This document shows, in pieces, positions 18,790-28,536 of a DNA stretch of 64,000 nt. A model generated the notes under the pieces. That model did no database searches. It saw only the letters and a program-made list of their open reading frames with translations, and had not been told where the DNA came from. This DNA is from Deltaproteobacteria bacterium (GTDB lineage Bacteria; Desulfobacterota; Desulfomonilia; UBA1062): assembly GCA_017992605.1 (NCBI GenBank), contig JAGOOG010000001.1, positions 70,655 through 134,654 of the forward strand, in the 5' to 3' direction. Position 1 is the first letter of the stretch; every line of letters starts with the position of its first letter. Made by a program: the position numbers and the translations under genes.

Positions 18790-19524
18790 GGAAAGCTTAT
18801 CGGCGAGAGGTTTCAGCAGGAGACCAAGTATGACCGGTGGAGGATGCCTGAGCATTCCATCGACTGGGGGAAGAAGCCCCTTGCCCACAAGGAATACCTC
18901 GATGCCAGGAGGATCGCCCTCGACAGACCGAAGCTCACCGGAGACATGGGCCTTTTCGAGTCAATCCTGAGGAGAAAGAGCCTTCGCAGGTTCGTGGACG
19001 TAGCGATAAGCATGGACGCCATCTCGTGCATCCTGTGGGCATCGAGCGGCATACAGCGAAAGGAGATGGGCTTCGAGTTCCGGACAGCGCCTTCTGCAGG
19101 GGCCCTGTATCCCATAGAAACCTATGCGATCGTTCACCGCGTGGAGGGGATCGAACCGGGGGTCTACCACTACCATGTCAGGGGCCATGCCCTCGAAGAG
19201 ATCAAGAAGGGCGACTTCCGGCCCAACATCGCCCAGGCGGCGCTCGGACAGATCATGTGTGCCCAGGCCTCGGTCGTCATCGCGTGGACGGCCCTCTTCG
19301 AGCGTTCCGCATGGAAATACAGGCAGCGCGCCTACCGTTATGTGTACCTGGACGCAGGGCATATGGCCCAGAACCTTGCCCTCGTGGCCATCAGCCTCGG
19401 ACTGGGGAGCTGTCAGGTCGGGGCGCTGTTCGATGACGAGGTGAACGATCTGCTGGGCGTCGACGGCACCGGCGAGAGCATCCTCTACATGAGCGTAGTC
19501 GGACAGCCCGGGATGTATGTGTGA
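18790..19524 (+). CDS. SagB-type dehydrogenase domain protein (nitroreductase superfamily)
   Basis: PSAGALYPIETY and YVYLDAGHMAQNLAL motifs characteristic of SagB/ThcOx-type FMN dehydrogenases. No YcaO or precursor peptide nearby. Confidence 0.7.
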   Translation, partial: GKLIGERFQQETKYDRWRMPEHSIDWGKKPLAHKEYLDARRIALDRPKLTGDMGLFESILRRKSLRRFVDVAISMDAISCILWASSGIQRKEMGFEFRTAPSAGALYPIETYAIVHRVEGIEPGVYHYHVRGHALEEIKKGDFRPNIAQAALGQIMCAQASVVIAWTALFERSAWKYRQRAYRYVYLDAGHMAQNLALVAISLGLGSCQVGALFDDEVNDLLGVDGTGESILYMSVVGQPGMYV

Positions 19525-19599
19525 GGCAAACGCGCACGAGACGGCGGTATCGTGTGGCAACCGGAGAAAGTCGCGGCGCGCAGGAGAAAGCCTCGGGTA

Positions 19600-19641
19600 C
19601 ATTTCAAGCGAGGGTCTATGGGATATCATCCCTTTGAAATG
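19600..19641. other. imperfect hairpin/palindrome (CATTTCAA..GAGGG..GATATC..CCCT..TTGAAATG) in a lower-GC 415-bp intergenic region
   Basis: Read directly. Outer 8-bp perfect arms plus inner AGGG/CCCT. Lies between the SagB-like gene and the GGDEF gene. Confidence 0.2.
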
Positions 19642-19939
19642 TAATCCCAAGGCTTGTTCACAATGATAAGACCGACTCCTTCCAAGTCAAGGGGAGCACA
19701 CCCGTGACAGGTAAAATAAAGGTGAATGATAATGGCATGTTGTGAGGCGTTCCGTGATGCCTTGATATCACTCGATCTTCTTGCGGCATGGCACATTCGT
19801 CGGATGGAGTTGTCGTATTTCACGGTGTTCCGAACGGGAGTGCAGGTTCCGCACTCTGCTTTTAATGTTTAAACAGATAAATACCGATACCGAACCACAT
19901 GACAAGGTCGGATCTCAATGACATGAGATCTGTTTTGGC

Positions 19940-21328
19940 ATGCGAGCAGTGACCACGAGGAAGGTGCAGGTGGGAGAGAAAAGGCGCAGGAAGGATCTCG
20001 AGAAGAGGCTCACCGAACTCGAGCACATGTCCTGTGATGACATCGGGTTGTTCGGCGAGATATTCAAGAGTGTCAACGAGTTCATCTTCGAACATGACCT
20101 CCAGGGCAGGTTCACGGGTATCTGCCCGCGCTTCGTCGGGTTTCTCGGGTACAGCAGGGAGGAGCTGCTGGGCCTCACCGCGAGGGATCTGCTCCTGGAA
20201 AAGGACAGGGAGCACTTCCAGTCATATCTCGACAGGGTTCTGGCCAGAGGGAAAGACGAGGGTCTCATCCAGCTCGTCACCAAGATAGGACGGAAACGTA
20301 TCGTCGAGCACAGGAACACGCTCATGGTGAATCCCGACGGGACCAGGTCGATCCGTGGCATTGCCAGGGATGTCACCGATGTGCTCGAGACCGAGCAGGC
20401 CCTCATAGAGAGCGAGATCAGGTTCCGAACCATTCTCGATTCCATCGAGGACGGCTATTTCGAGGTCGACCTGAACGGCGACCTTACCTTCTTCAACGAT
20501 GCCGTGCCCAGCCACATCGGGTATTCTCCCGAAGAGCTGCTCGGCATGAACTACAGGGAATACATGGACGAACCCAACGCCAGGGTCGTGTTCGAGACGT
20601 TCCACAGTGTCTTCACGACGGGAACGCCCACGAAATCCTTTGACTGGGAGCTCGTCAAGAAGGACGGGACGAGGATCTTCGTCGAGGCCTCCGTCTCCCT
20701 CCAGAGGGACAGAAACGGGAATCCGCTGGGCTTCTGCGGCATCATCCGCGACATATCCGATCGGAAACGCGCCGAGAACGAGCTCGCGTACCTGGCGTAC
20801 CATGACGCGCTCACCGGACTCCACAACCGCAAGGCATTCCTGGAGAAACTCGACGAGGCCATCAGGGAGGCACGGCGGTACGAGAACCGTCGAACCGTCC
20901 TCTACATCGACCTGGACCACTTCAAGCGGGTCAACGACGACCATGGGCATGAAATCGGAGACAGGCTGCTGGCCCAGGTTGCTGCACGACTCAGGACGGT
21001 GCTGCGCGATACCGACTACATCAGCAGGCTCGGCGGAGACGAGTTCACGGTCATTCTCGGGGGGGTCACGACGCCCGGTCCGGTGAAACCGGCCGAGAGG
21101 ATCCTGAGGACCTTGGGCATGCCCTACGAGATCAGCGGACTGACCATCGATTTCGTGACGCCCAGCATCGGCATCAGCACGTATCCCGACGACGGCCATG
21201 ATGCCGAGACCCTCCTGAAACACGCCGACAACGCCATGTACAAGGCCAAGGAGAGACGCAACACCTTCCACGTCTATGGACAGGAAACGGGAGAACCGCA
21301 AGCCCCGAGGATCAGGAGAGTGCGCTGA
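19940..21328 (+). CDS. PAS/PAC sensor-containing diguanylate cyclase (GGDEF)
   Basis: Two PAS-like segments then LTGLHNRKAF...YIDLDHFKRVNDDHGHEIGDRLL...RLGGDEFTVIL (GGDEF active site, RxxD I-site-like context). Confidence 0.85.
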   Translation: MRAVTTRKVQVGEKRRRKDLEKRLTELEHMSCDDIGLFGEIFKSVNEFIFEHDLQGRFTGICPRFVGFLGYSREELLGLTARDLLLEKDREHFQSYLDRVLARGKDEGLIQLVTKIGRKRIVEHRNTLMVNPDGTRSIRGIARDVTDVLETEQALIESEIRFRTILDSIEDGYFEVDLNGDLTFFNDAVPSHIGYSPEELLGMNYREYMDEPNARVVFETFHSVFTTGTPTKSFDWELVKKDGTRIFVEASVSLQRDRNGNPLGFCGIIRDISDRKRAENELAYLAYHDALTGLHNRKAFLEKLDEAIREARRYENRRTVLYIDLDHFKRVNDDHGHEIGDRLLAQVAARLRTVLRDTDYISRLGGDEFTVILGGVTTPGPVKPAERILRTLGMPYEISGLTIDFVTPSIGISTYPDDGHDAETLLKHADNAMYKAKERRNTFHVYGQETGEPQAPRIRRVR

Positions 21329-21419
21329 ACATTTTGTGCCGGTGAATCCTTTTCTGACCTGCCAGCGTCACTAGTATAGAAGAAGAAACAAACAGCCAAA
21401 AACCTCCTCATGTACATAC

Positions 21420-21452
21420 GGGCGATGCTCCTGATGCATCGCCCTTTTTTTG
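21420..21452 (+). terminator. rho-independent terminator after the GGDEF gene
   Basis: GGGCGATGC-TCCTGA-TGCATCGCCC followed by TTTTTTTT, read directly. Confidence 0.6.
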
Positions 21453-21560
21453 CCACCGACCACGCACGGGTGATCCCTTGAACTTTGATCGGTTTTACGT
21501 TATGGTGCGCCGCAAGCCTCTGAACGGGCATATCCACACGACAAGAGAGACGGTCACCAG

Positions 21561-22709
<1,149 letters not shown>

Positions 22710-22726
22710 CTGCGGGTGGTGCGAAG

Positions 22727-23554
22727 ATGGTGAAGATGATCGTGTGCATGAAACAGGTCCCCATGGCCGCCGAGCTGCCCTGGGACCCCAAGACCAGGAC
22801 CCTGCGCAGAGACCTCGCCGACGGCATGATGAACCCGGCATGCAAGCATGCCCTGGAAGCCGCGCTGACCGTAAAGCACGATCAGGGGGGGCATGTCACC
22901 GCCATCACCATGGGCCCGCCCATGGCCGAGGAGATACTCCGGGAGGCCATCGCCATGGGGGTGGACCGGTGCCTCATGCTGTCGGACCCTGCCATGGCCG
23001 GTGCTGACACCGTGGTCACCTCCTACACCCTGGCCCGGGCCATCGAGATCTTCTGCCCCGATTTCGACCTCATCCTCACCGGCTGTCACACGACGGACAG
23101 CGAAACGGCCCAGGTCGGCCCTCAGCTGGCTGAAGAACTGGGCATACCCGGTATCGCCTACGTGGACGAGATGGCCGTCACGGACGGGCACATACGGGTC
23201 CGCAGGATCTCGGACGATTTCCTGGAGACCCTGGAAACGGACCTGCCGTGCCTGCTCACCGTGAACATCGGGCACTATGCGCCGCGATACGTGCCCCTGT
23301 CCGGGCTCCAGGAGGCCTTCGGCGAGGTGAACATCCTGGCGGTGAGCGCCGCGGACCTGGGCATCGACCCCGCTTTCATCGGGGTCAGGGGATCTCCAAC
23401 CCGGATACTCGACGTCTTCGCGCCGAGGGCCGAGAAGGAGAACATCGTTTTGACCGGTGCGCCCAAGAAGATCGTCGAAGAGCTCTTCGAGCGCTTCGAT
23501 GCGAAGATCGGCGGGATCATAAAGAAGGATATCAAGTGGGAAGGCAGGGGATAA
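22727..23554 (+). CDS. etfB: electron transfer flavoprotein beta subunit
   Basis: MVKMIVCMKQVP start. EtfB family signature including the C-terminal AMP-binding region and VLTG motif. Confidence 0.85.
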   Translation: MVKMIVCMKQVPMAAELPWDPKTRTLRRDLADGMMNPACKHALEAALTVKHDQGGHVTAITMGPPMAEEILREAIAMGVDRCLMLSDPAMAGADTVVTSYTLARAIEIFCPDFDLILTGCHTTDSETAQVGPQLAEELGIPGIAYVDEMAVTDGHIRVRRISDDFLETLETDLPCLLTVNIGHYAPRYVPLSGLQEAFGEVNILAVSAADLGIDPAFIGVRGSPTRILDVFAPRAEKENIVLTGAPKKIVEELFERFDAKIGGIIKKDIKWEGRG

Positions 23555-23559
23555 GGCGC

Positions 23560-24561
23560 ATGGCGGTCAATGCACCAGAGATCTGGGTCTTCGGCGACTA
23601 CCGCAACTACTTCCAGAACAGGGTGACCCTCCAGCTGCTCTCCCGGGCCACCGATCTTGCCGGGAAGACCGGCGCCACGGTGTGCGCCACGGTGTTCGGC
23701 CATGGGACCGCCGAGTGGGCGGGGGAGTACATAGCGCACGGGGCGAAGAAGATCTACCTCGTCGAGGACGAGGCGCTCGGGCACTATTCTTCGGACCTCT
23801 TCGTGGCACTCATGGAGAGGCTCGCCTCTCAGTACGGGCCCGAGATCATCCTCGTGGGTGCCACATCCTTCGGCAGGGAATTCGCCCCGAGGGTCGCCAA
23901 GCGCCTCGGTACCGGGCTCACTGCAGACTGCGTGGGCCTCGACATCAACGAGGAAGGGCTGCTAGTGCAGACGGCGCCTGCCTTCGGGGGGAACCTGCTC
24001 ACCAGGATCGTCACCCCGGAACGCAAGCCCCAGATGGCCACGGTCAGGCCCGGGGTCTTCCATGAGATCCCGCACGATTACCACGCAACCGGCGACATCG
24101 TCCGTATCGGCATGCCCGTCGACCTGCCGGGGGACCGCATACGCCTGATCGCCTCGGAGCACAGGCCCCCGGCCGCACAGAAGCTCGGCGACGCCGAGGT
24201 GGTGGTGTGCGGTGGCAGGGGCATGGGGGGCAGGGGCAAGTTCAGGAATCTCTATGAACTGGCAAGGCTCCTGGGCGGAGAGGTGGGCGCGACCAGGCCG
24301 GTGGTCTACTCGCAGTGGGCCGACGAAGAGGCCCTGGTCGGGCAGGCCGACAAGCACATCAGGCCCAAGGTCCTCCTGTCCTTCGGCATCAGCGGGGCAA
24401 TCCAGCATACGGCGGGCATCATCGACGCCGGTTTCATCATCGCGGTCAACAAGAACCCCAACGCTGCCATGATGAGGATGGCGGACGTGGCCATCGTCGC
24501 GGATGCGAACCAGGTCTGCCTCGCGCTGATCAAGGAACTCAGGAAGAGGCTGCGGAGCTAG
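23560..24561 (+). CDS. etfA: electron transfer flavoprotein alpha subunit
   Basis: IWVFGDYRNY...EIILVGATSFGREFAPRVAKRLGTGLTADC...GISGAIQHTAGI FAD-binding signature of EtfA. Confidence 0.85.
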   Translation: MAVNAPEIWVFGDYRNYFQNRVTLQLLSRATDLAGKTGATVCATVFGHGTAEWAGEYIAHGAKKIYLVEDEALGHYSSDLFVALMERLASQYGPEIILVGATSFGREFAPRVAKRLGTGLTADCVGLDINEEGLLVQTAPAFGGNLLTRIVTPERKPQMATVRPGVFHEIPHDYHATGDIVRIGMPVDLPGDRIRLIASEHRPPAAQKLGDAEVVVCGGRGMGGRGKFRNLYELARLLGGEVGATRPVVYSQWADEEALVGQADKHIRPKVLLSFGISGAIQHTAGIIDAGFIIAVNKNPNAAMMRMADVAIVADANQVCLALIKELRKRLRS

Positions 24562-24574
24562 CGGCCGTTCGCCC

Positions 24575-25186
24575 CTAGCCGAAGATCTTGGAGGCTATGG
24601 TGGCGGCGTGCCTCGCCTGGTACCGGGCGCCGGTGAGCTCGTGGGTGCTCGGCTTCCTGCTGCCGTCCGGACCGGCTATGGTGGAAGCACCGTAGGGAGA
24701 GCACCCCGTGATCTCGCTCATGTCGGACTGCAGCTCGAAGCTGTACGGGAGGCCCACGATGATCATACCGTGGTGGAGCAGGGTCATGTGAAAGCTGACG
24801 ATGGTCGTTTCCTGGCCTCCGTGCTGGGTGTTCGACGACGTGAACACGCTGCCCACCTTGCCGACCAGGGCACGCCTGGCCCAGAGGCCGCCCGTGGCGT
24901 CGAGGAACTGCCTCATCTGTCCGCACATGTTGCCGAACCTCGTGGGCGATCCGAAGATGATGGCATCGTAGGACGCGAGTTCGTCCACGGTGCACACCGG
25001 GACGTGGGCGAACCCCTTTCGCGTCTCGAGCGCCCCCATCTTCCCGAGGACCTCGTCGGAGAGCGTCTCCGGGACCTGCCTCAGCTCGACCTCGGCGCCC
25101 GGAACCTCGTGGACGCCCTTCACCGCTGCCTGGGCCATCTGATAGATGTGCCCGTACATGGAATAGAAGACGACCAGTACCTTCAT
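24575..25186 (-). CDS. wrbA: NAD(P)H:quinone oxidoreductase, WrbA-type flavodoxin-like
   Basis: [24 protein letters not shown] flavodoxin-like start and WrbA-like GSPTRFG region. Confidence 0.8.
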   Translation of the reverse strand: MKVLVVFYSMYGHIYQMAQAAVKGVHEVPGAEVELRQVPETLSDEVLGKMGALETRKGFAHVPVCTVDELASYDAIIFGSPTRFGNMCGQMRQFLDATGGLWARRALVGKVGSVFTSSNTQHGGQETTIVSFHMTLLHHGMIIVGLPYSFELQSDMSEITGCSPYGASTIAGPDGSRKPSTHELTGARYQARHAATIASKIFG

Positions 25187-25412
25187 CGATCTCCCCCCTT
25201 CATTCACGAAAAGACCGGCTGACGATGACGTCTCGACGTGTACTGATATCTATAGTACTGCCGCGGAGTGCAAAGACAAGGCCGTGCGGCTTCAGCCCGT
25301 TCTCTCTGGTAAACCCGGAAAATCTGTGCTAGACAGGAAACCCTTGCCAAACCGGACAGGAATATGCTTTGAAGGCCGTTACAAGGCACGTTATCTGGCG
25401 AAAGGAGCAGCA

Positions 25413-25859
25413 ATGGCATCCAAGTTGAGGATAGTGAGGGAATCACAGAAGACGTACTGGGAGAAGAAGCTCGATGCGCGCATCGAAGTGCTGAGGGGCA
25501 GCGGCATGGGCGAAACGGATATCCACAGAGACATCGCGGTCCGCAAGCTCAAGGCCAAGGTCAAGGACACGGTCTCCCGGCTCAGGGCCATCACGGCAAG
25601 GGCAGAGAAGCTGCAGGAAATGGCCCGCGTCAAGGAAGAGAAGAAGGCCGCACCGGTGGTCAAGGAGAAGGGAAAGAAGGCCGCCGCCGAGGCACCGGCC
25701 ACCAAGAAGCAGAAGAAGGCCAAGGGCGAAAAGGCGGCCAAGGAACCCAAGGCCGACAAGGAGGCCAAGGCCGAGAAGAAACCCAAGGCCGAAAAGGAAC
25801 CCAAGCCCGAGAAAGAGGCGGCCAAGGCCGAGGAAAAACCCGCCGAATCAGCCTCTTAA
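25413..25859 (+). CDS. lysine/alanine-rich histone H1-like (AlgP/Hc1-like) basic protein
   Basis: Start at internal Met with AAAGGAG RBS. N-terminal about 75-aa helical domain, then about 70 aa of KxxK/AKEPK/KAEKEPKPEKE low-complexity basic repeats. Confidence 0.55.
   Translation: MASKLRIVRESQKTYWEKKLDARIEVLRGSGMGETDIHRDIAVRKLKAKVKDTVSRLRAITARAEKLQEMARVKEEKKAAPVVKEKGKKAAAEAPATKKQKKAKGEKAAKEPKADKEAKAEKKPKAEKEPKPEKEAAKAEEKPAESAS
25640..25850 (+). repeat. degenerate tandem nucleotide repeats encoding the K/A/E/P-rich tail
   Basis: Repeated aaggccgagaag / aaacccaaggcc / gaaaaggaacccaag units, read directly. Confidence 0.4.
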
Positions 25860-25986
25860 ATCCCACCGACAGATATGAGCCCACGCCAGGCCCGTCACTG
25901 CCCGAAAGGGCGGTGCGGGCCTGTGCCGCGTCGAGCCGGATCGCCCCGGAGTTCGCAGAGGCCTCGCTTTCCCGCGTGTCCCGTGA

Positions 25987-26015
25987 TTGACAGGGGAGCA
26001 TCTTGTCATTATGAT
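25987..26015 (+). promoter_or_regulatory. near-consensus sigma70-type promoter (TTGACA - 17 bp - TATGAT) about 40 bp upstream of the tunR-like gene
   Basis: Read directly: TTGACAggggagcatcttgtcatTATGAT. Confidence 0.45.
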
Positions 26016-26055
26016 GGCCTGTGATTATCTGTAATGATATTCAAGGAAGACACTC

Positions 26056-26976
26056 ATGAAAGAAGAGAAGAAAGAGCTGTTGACCGTCAGGGAGGCATCC
26101 CGGATCCTCAAGATCAACGAGAAGAAGATCTATGCCCTTCTCAACGAGGGGAGGCTGCCGGGCACCAAGGTGACCGGGAAGTGGCTCTTCCCCAGGGCGG
26201 AGCTGGAACAGTTCATGACCGGGAAGGCCCACGAGACGGTGAGGCGGTCGTTCTGGGAGTCGGTGGTCAACAAGAAGGTCCTGCTCCTGTGCGGGTCGGA
26301 CGACCCGGTCATCGCCATGGCCCAGGGGGTCTTCCACGCCGTCGAGCCCGAGCTGCTCCTGTTCTCGTCCAGCGTGGGGAGCAGGGAAGGGATACGCCTG
26401 CTCAGGGACGGGTTCTGCACCGTTGCAGTGAGTCACCTGTACGACGACGACCAGAAAGACTTCACCTTTCCCGTCATACGCGAGTACTTCGATGACCCTG
26501 GCGAGGTCGTTGTGGTCAACCTCTTCTATCGCAACATCGGATACGTATCCAAACAGTCAGCGGTATCGTCCCTCAGGGAGGCGGCAGAGGGGGGGATGCG
26601 CTTTGTCAACCGCCAGAAGGGCTCGGGCGTCAGGGCCTTGGTAGACCGGTTCATGAGGCAGGAAGGGATCGATCCGGAGAACCTGAAAGGGTACGATTCC
26701 GAGGTATTCACCCATTTCGACGTGGTGAGGTCCGTAGCAGGCGGTGCGGCGGACCTGGGCATCGCGGCCGAATCCGCCGCCGCGGGGTCCCGGCTGACCT
26801 TCGGGTTCATCTTCGAAGAGCGCTTTGACATGATAGTGAGGAAATCCTCCTACTTCGACCGTCATGTGCAGGCGTTCGTGGAGTTTGTCAGATCGGAACA
26901 CTTCAGCAACTTGCTCGGGACTCTGAAGGGCTACAGCAGCAGGGATACAGGACGGGTCGTATATGAAAAACAATAA
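26056..26976 (+). CDS. TunR-like tungstate/molybdate-responsive regulator (N-terminal excisionase/MerR-type HTH fused to periplasmic-binding-protein-like COG1910 domain)
   Basis: N-terminal LLTVREASRILKINEKKIYALLNEGRLPGTKVTGKWLFPRAELEQFM is an excisionase-family HTH. The remainder is PBP-like. Located immediately upstream of tupABC, matching the described TunR family of sulfate reducers. Confidence 0.6.
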   Translation: MKEEKKELLTVREASRILKINEKKIYALLNEGRLPGTKVTGKWLFPRAELEQFMTGKAHETVRRSFWESVVNKKVLLLCGSDDPVIAMAQGVFHAVEPELLLFSSSVGSREGIRLLRDGFCTVAVSHLYDDDQKDFTFPVIREYFDDPGEVVVVNLFYRNIGYVSKQSAVSSLREAAEGGMRFVNRQKGSGVRALVDRFMRQEGIDPENLKGYDSEVFTHFDVVRSVAGGAADLGIAAESAAAGSRLTFGFIFEERFDMIVRKSSYFDRHVQAFVEFVRSEHFSNLLGTLKGYSSRDTGRVVYEKQ

Positions 26977-26992
26977 GAAGGGAGAGATAGGC

Positions 26993-27832
26993 ATGAGGAA
27001 AAGTTTTGGTAAATATTTGTTCGCTACACTCGTTATAGGTTTCTTCGTCTGCCTCACGACCATGAGTGTCTCGGCAGAGGAGAAGACACTCATGATGGCC
27101 ACTACCACGAGCACGGACAATACCGGTCTGCTGGACTACCTGGCGCCGCACTTCAAGGCCGACACCGGAATCGAACTTAAGTGGACGGCCGTGGGAACCG
27201 GCAAGGCGCTCGCCCTGGGCAGAAACTGCGACGTGGACGTGCTCTTGGTGCATGACCCGGATTCTGAAAAGGCGTTCATTGATGACGGGAGCGGTATTGA
27301 CAGGACGCAGATCATGTACAACGACTTCATTGTCATAGGACCCCCGGAAGACCCTGCAGGAATAAAAGGAAAGAATGTACGGGACGCATTCCAGGCAATC
27401 GCCGCAAAGAAAGCCATATTCTCGAGCCGAGGCGACAAGTCCGGCACCCACATGATGGAGCTCTCGTTGTGGAAAGCCGCCAGCGTGACCGAGCCCGACA
27501 AGGAACAGTGGTACGTACAGACAGGCCAGGGCATGCTTCCCACCATCACCATAGCAGCCGAGCGGATAGGGTACACCCTGACCGACCGGGGTACCTACAT
27601 CAAATACGAGAACAACTTCAAGGGCAATCCGCCGCTCGTGATACTGGTAGAAGGCGATGAGGCCCTGTTCAACCAGTACAGTGTCATTGCCGTGAACCCG
27701 AAGAAGTGCGAAAAGGCAAAATATGACCTGGCAACAGCCTTCTCGAAGTGGATGGCATCCCCGAAGACCCAGAAGCTCATCGGCGATTTCAAGATGATGG
27801 GCAAACAGCTCTTCACACCTAATGCAAAATAG
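26993..27832 (+). CDS. tupA: tungstate ABC transporter substrate-binding protein
   Basis: Signal peptide and the TupA-specific TTTSTDNTGLLDYL motif. ModA/TupA PBP fold. Confidence 0.8.
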   Translation: MRKSFGKYLFATLVIGFFVCLTTMSVSAEEKTLMMATTTSTDNTGLLDYLAPHFKADTGIELKWTAVGTGKALALGRNCDVDVLLVHDPDSEKAFIDDGSGIDRTQIMYNDFIVIGPPEDPAGIKGKNVRDAFQAIAAKKAIFSSRGDKSGTHMMELSLWKAASVTEPDKEQWYVQTGQGMLPTITIAAERIGYTLTDRGTYIKYENNFKGNPPLVILVEGDEALFNQYSVIAVNPKKCEKAKYDLATAFSKWMASPKTQKLIGDFKMMGKQLFTPNAK

Positions 27833-27846
27833 CGGCAAGAAGCGAC

Positions 27847-28536
27847 GTGGGGTACATCAGCGAGGGATTCATACGGGCCATTGACCTGCTGGCCTCCTTT
27901 GACGAGGAGACCTATTCGGCTGTGTTCACCACCATCAGGGTGAGCGCCATGTCCATAGCCGCCAGCCTCGCAATCGGGATACCTGTCGGGTTTGCCCTCG
28001 GGTACTTCACCTTCCCGACCAAAAGGCAGGTGCGGGCAGTGGTCGATACCATGCTCGCCCTGCCCACCGTCGTGGTCGGGCTCATCGTCTACACATTCAT
28101 ATCACGCAGGGGTCCCTTGGGAGAATTCGAGCTCCTGTACACCCAGCCCGGCATCGCCATCGCCCAGACCCTGCTCGTGGTCCCCATCGTCATATCGCTC
28201 ACCGCCACTGCCGTGGAGGGCCTTGACCGGAGACTGAAACCCACCCTGCACGCACTGGGTGCCCGGGGGGCACAGATCGCCCTCACCAGTCTCATGGAGG
28301 CACGCTACGCAGTGCTCATCGCTGCCATCACCGCGTACGGCCGTGCCATCTCCGAGGTGGGCGCGTCCATGATCATAGGCGGCAACATCAAGTGGCACAC
28401 CCGCACCATTACCACGGCCATCGCCCTGGAGACCGGCAAGGGAGAGTTCGGCATGGCCATAGCCCTCGGCCTTGTCCTGCTCCTGCTGGCGTTCCTCGTC
28501 AACGGCAGCCTCGCGGTCCTGAGGAAGAGGTCATGA
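27847..28536 (+). CDS. tupB: tungstate ABC transporter permease
   Basis: GTG start. Five to six TM helices. EAA-like loop ALGARGAQIALTSLMEARYAV. Confidence 0.8.
   Translation: MGYISEGFIRAIDLLASFDEETYSAVFTTIRVSAMSIAASLAIGIPVGFALGYFTFPTKRQVRAVVDTMLALPTVVVGLIVYTFISRRGPLGEFELLYTQPGIAIAQTLLVVPIVISLTATAVEGLDRRLKPTLHALGARGAQIALTSLMEARYAVLIAAITAYGRAISEVGASMIIGGNIKWHTRTITTAIALETGKGEFGMAIALGLVLLLLAFLVNGSLAVLRKRS

Noticed and set aside
18790-19524. SagB-type dehydrogenase as evidence of a thiazole/oxazole RiPP (TOMM) cluster
   Set aside because: No YcaO cyclodehydratase, E1-like partner, precursor peptide or transporter within 15 kb either side. Stand-alone SagB-like nitroreductases are common.
25284-25412. 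Longer 191-aa version of the lysine-rich protein starting at 25284
   Set aside because: The upstream 43 codons are Pro/Arg-rich and non-coding-like. The internal Met at 25413 has a proper AAAGGAG RBS, and the region upstream contains promoter-like and IR elements.
28392-28532. N-terminal 47-codon extension of tupC in the ORF track
   Set aside because: The extension overlaps tupB out of frame and is Arg/Pro/His-rich. The conserved ABC N-terminus begins at the Met at 28533, which forms an ATGA overlap with the tupB stop.
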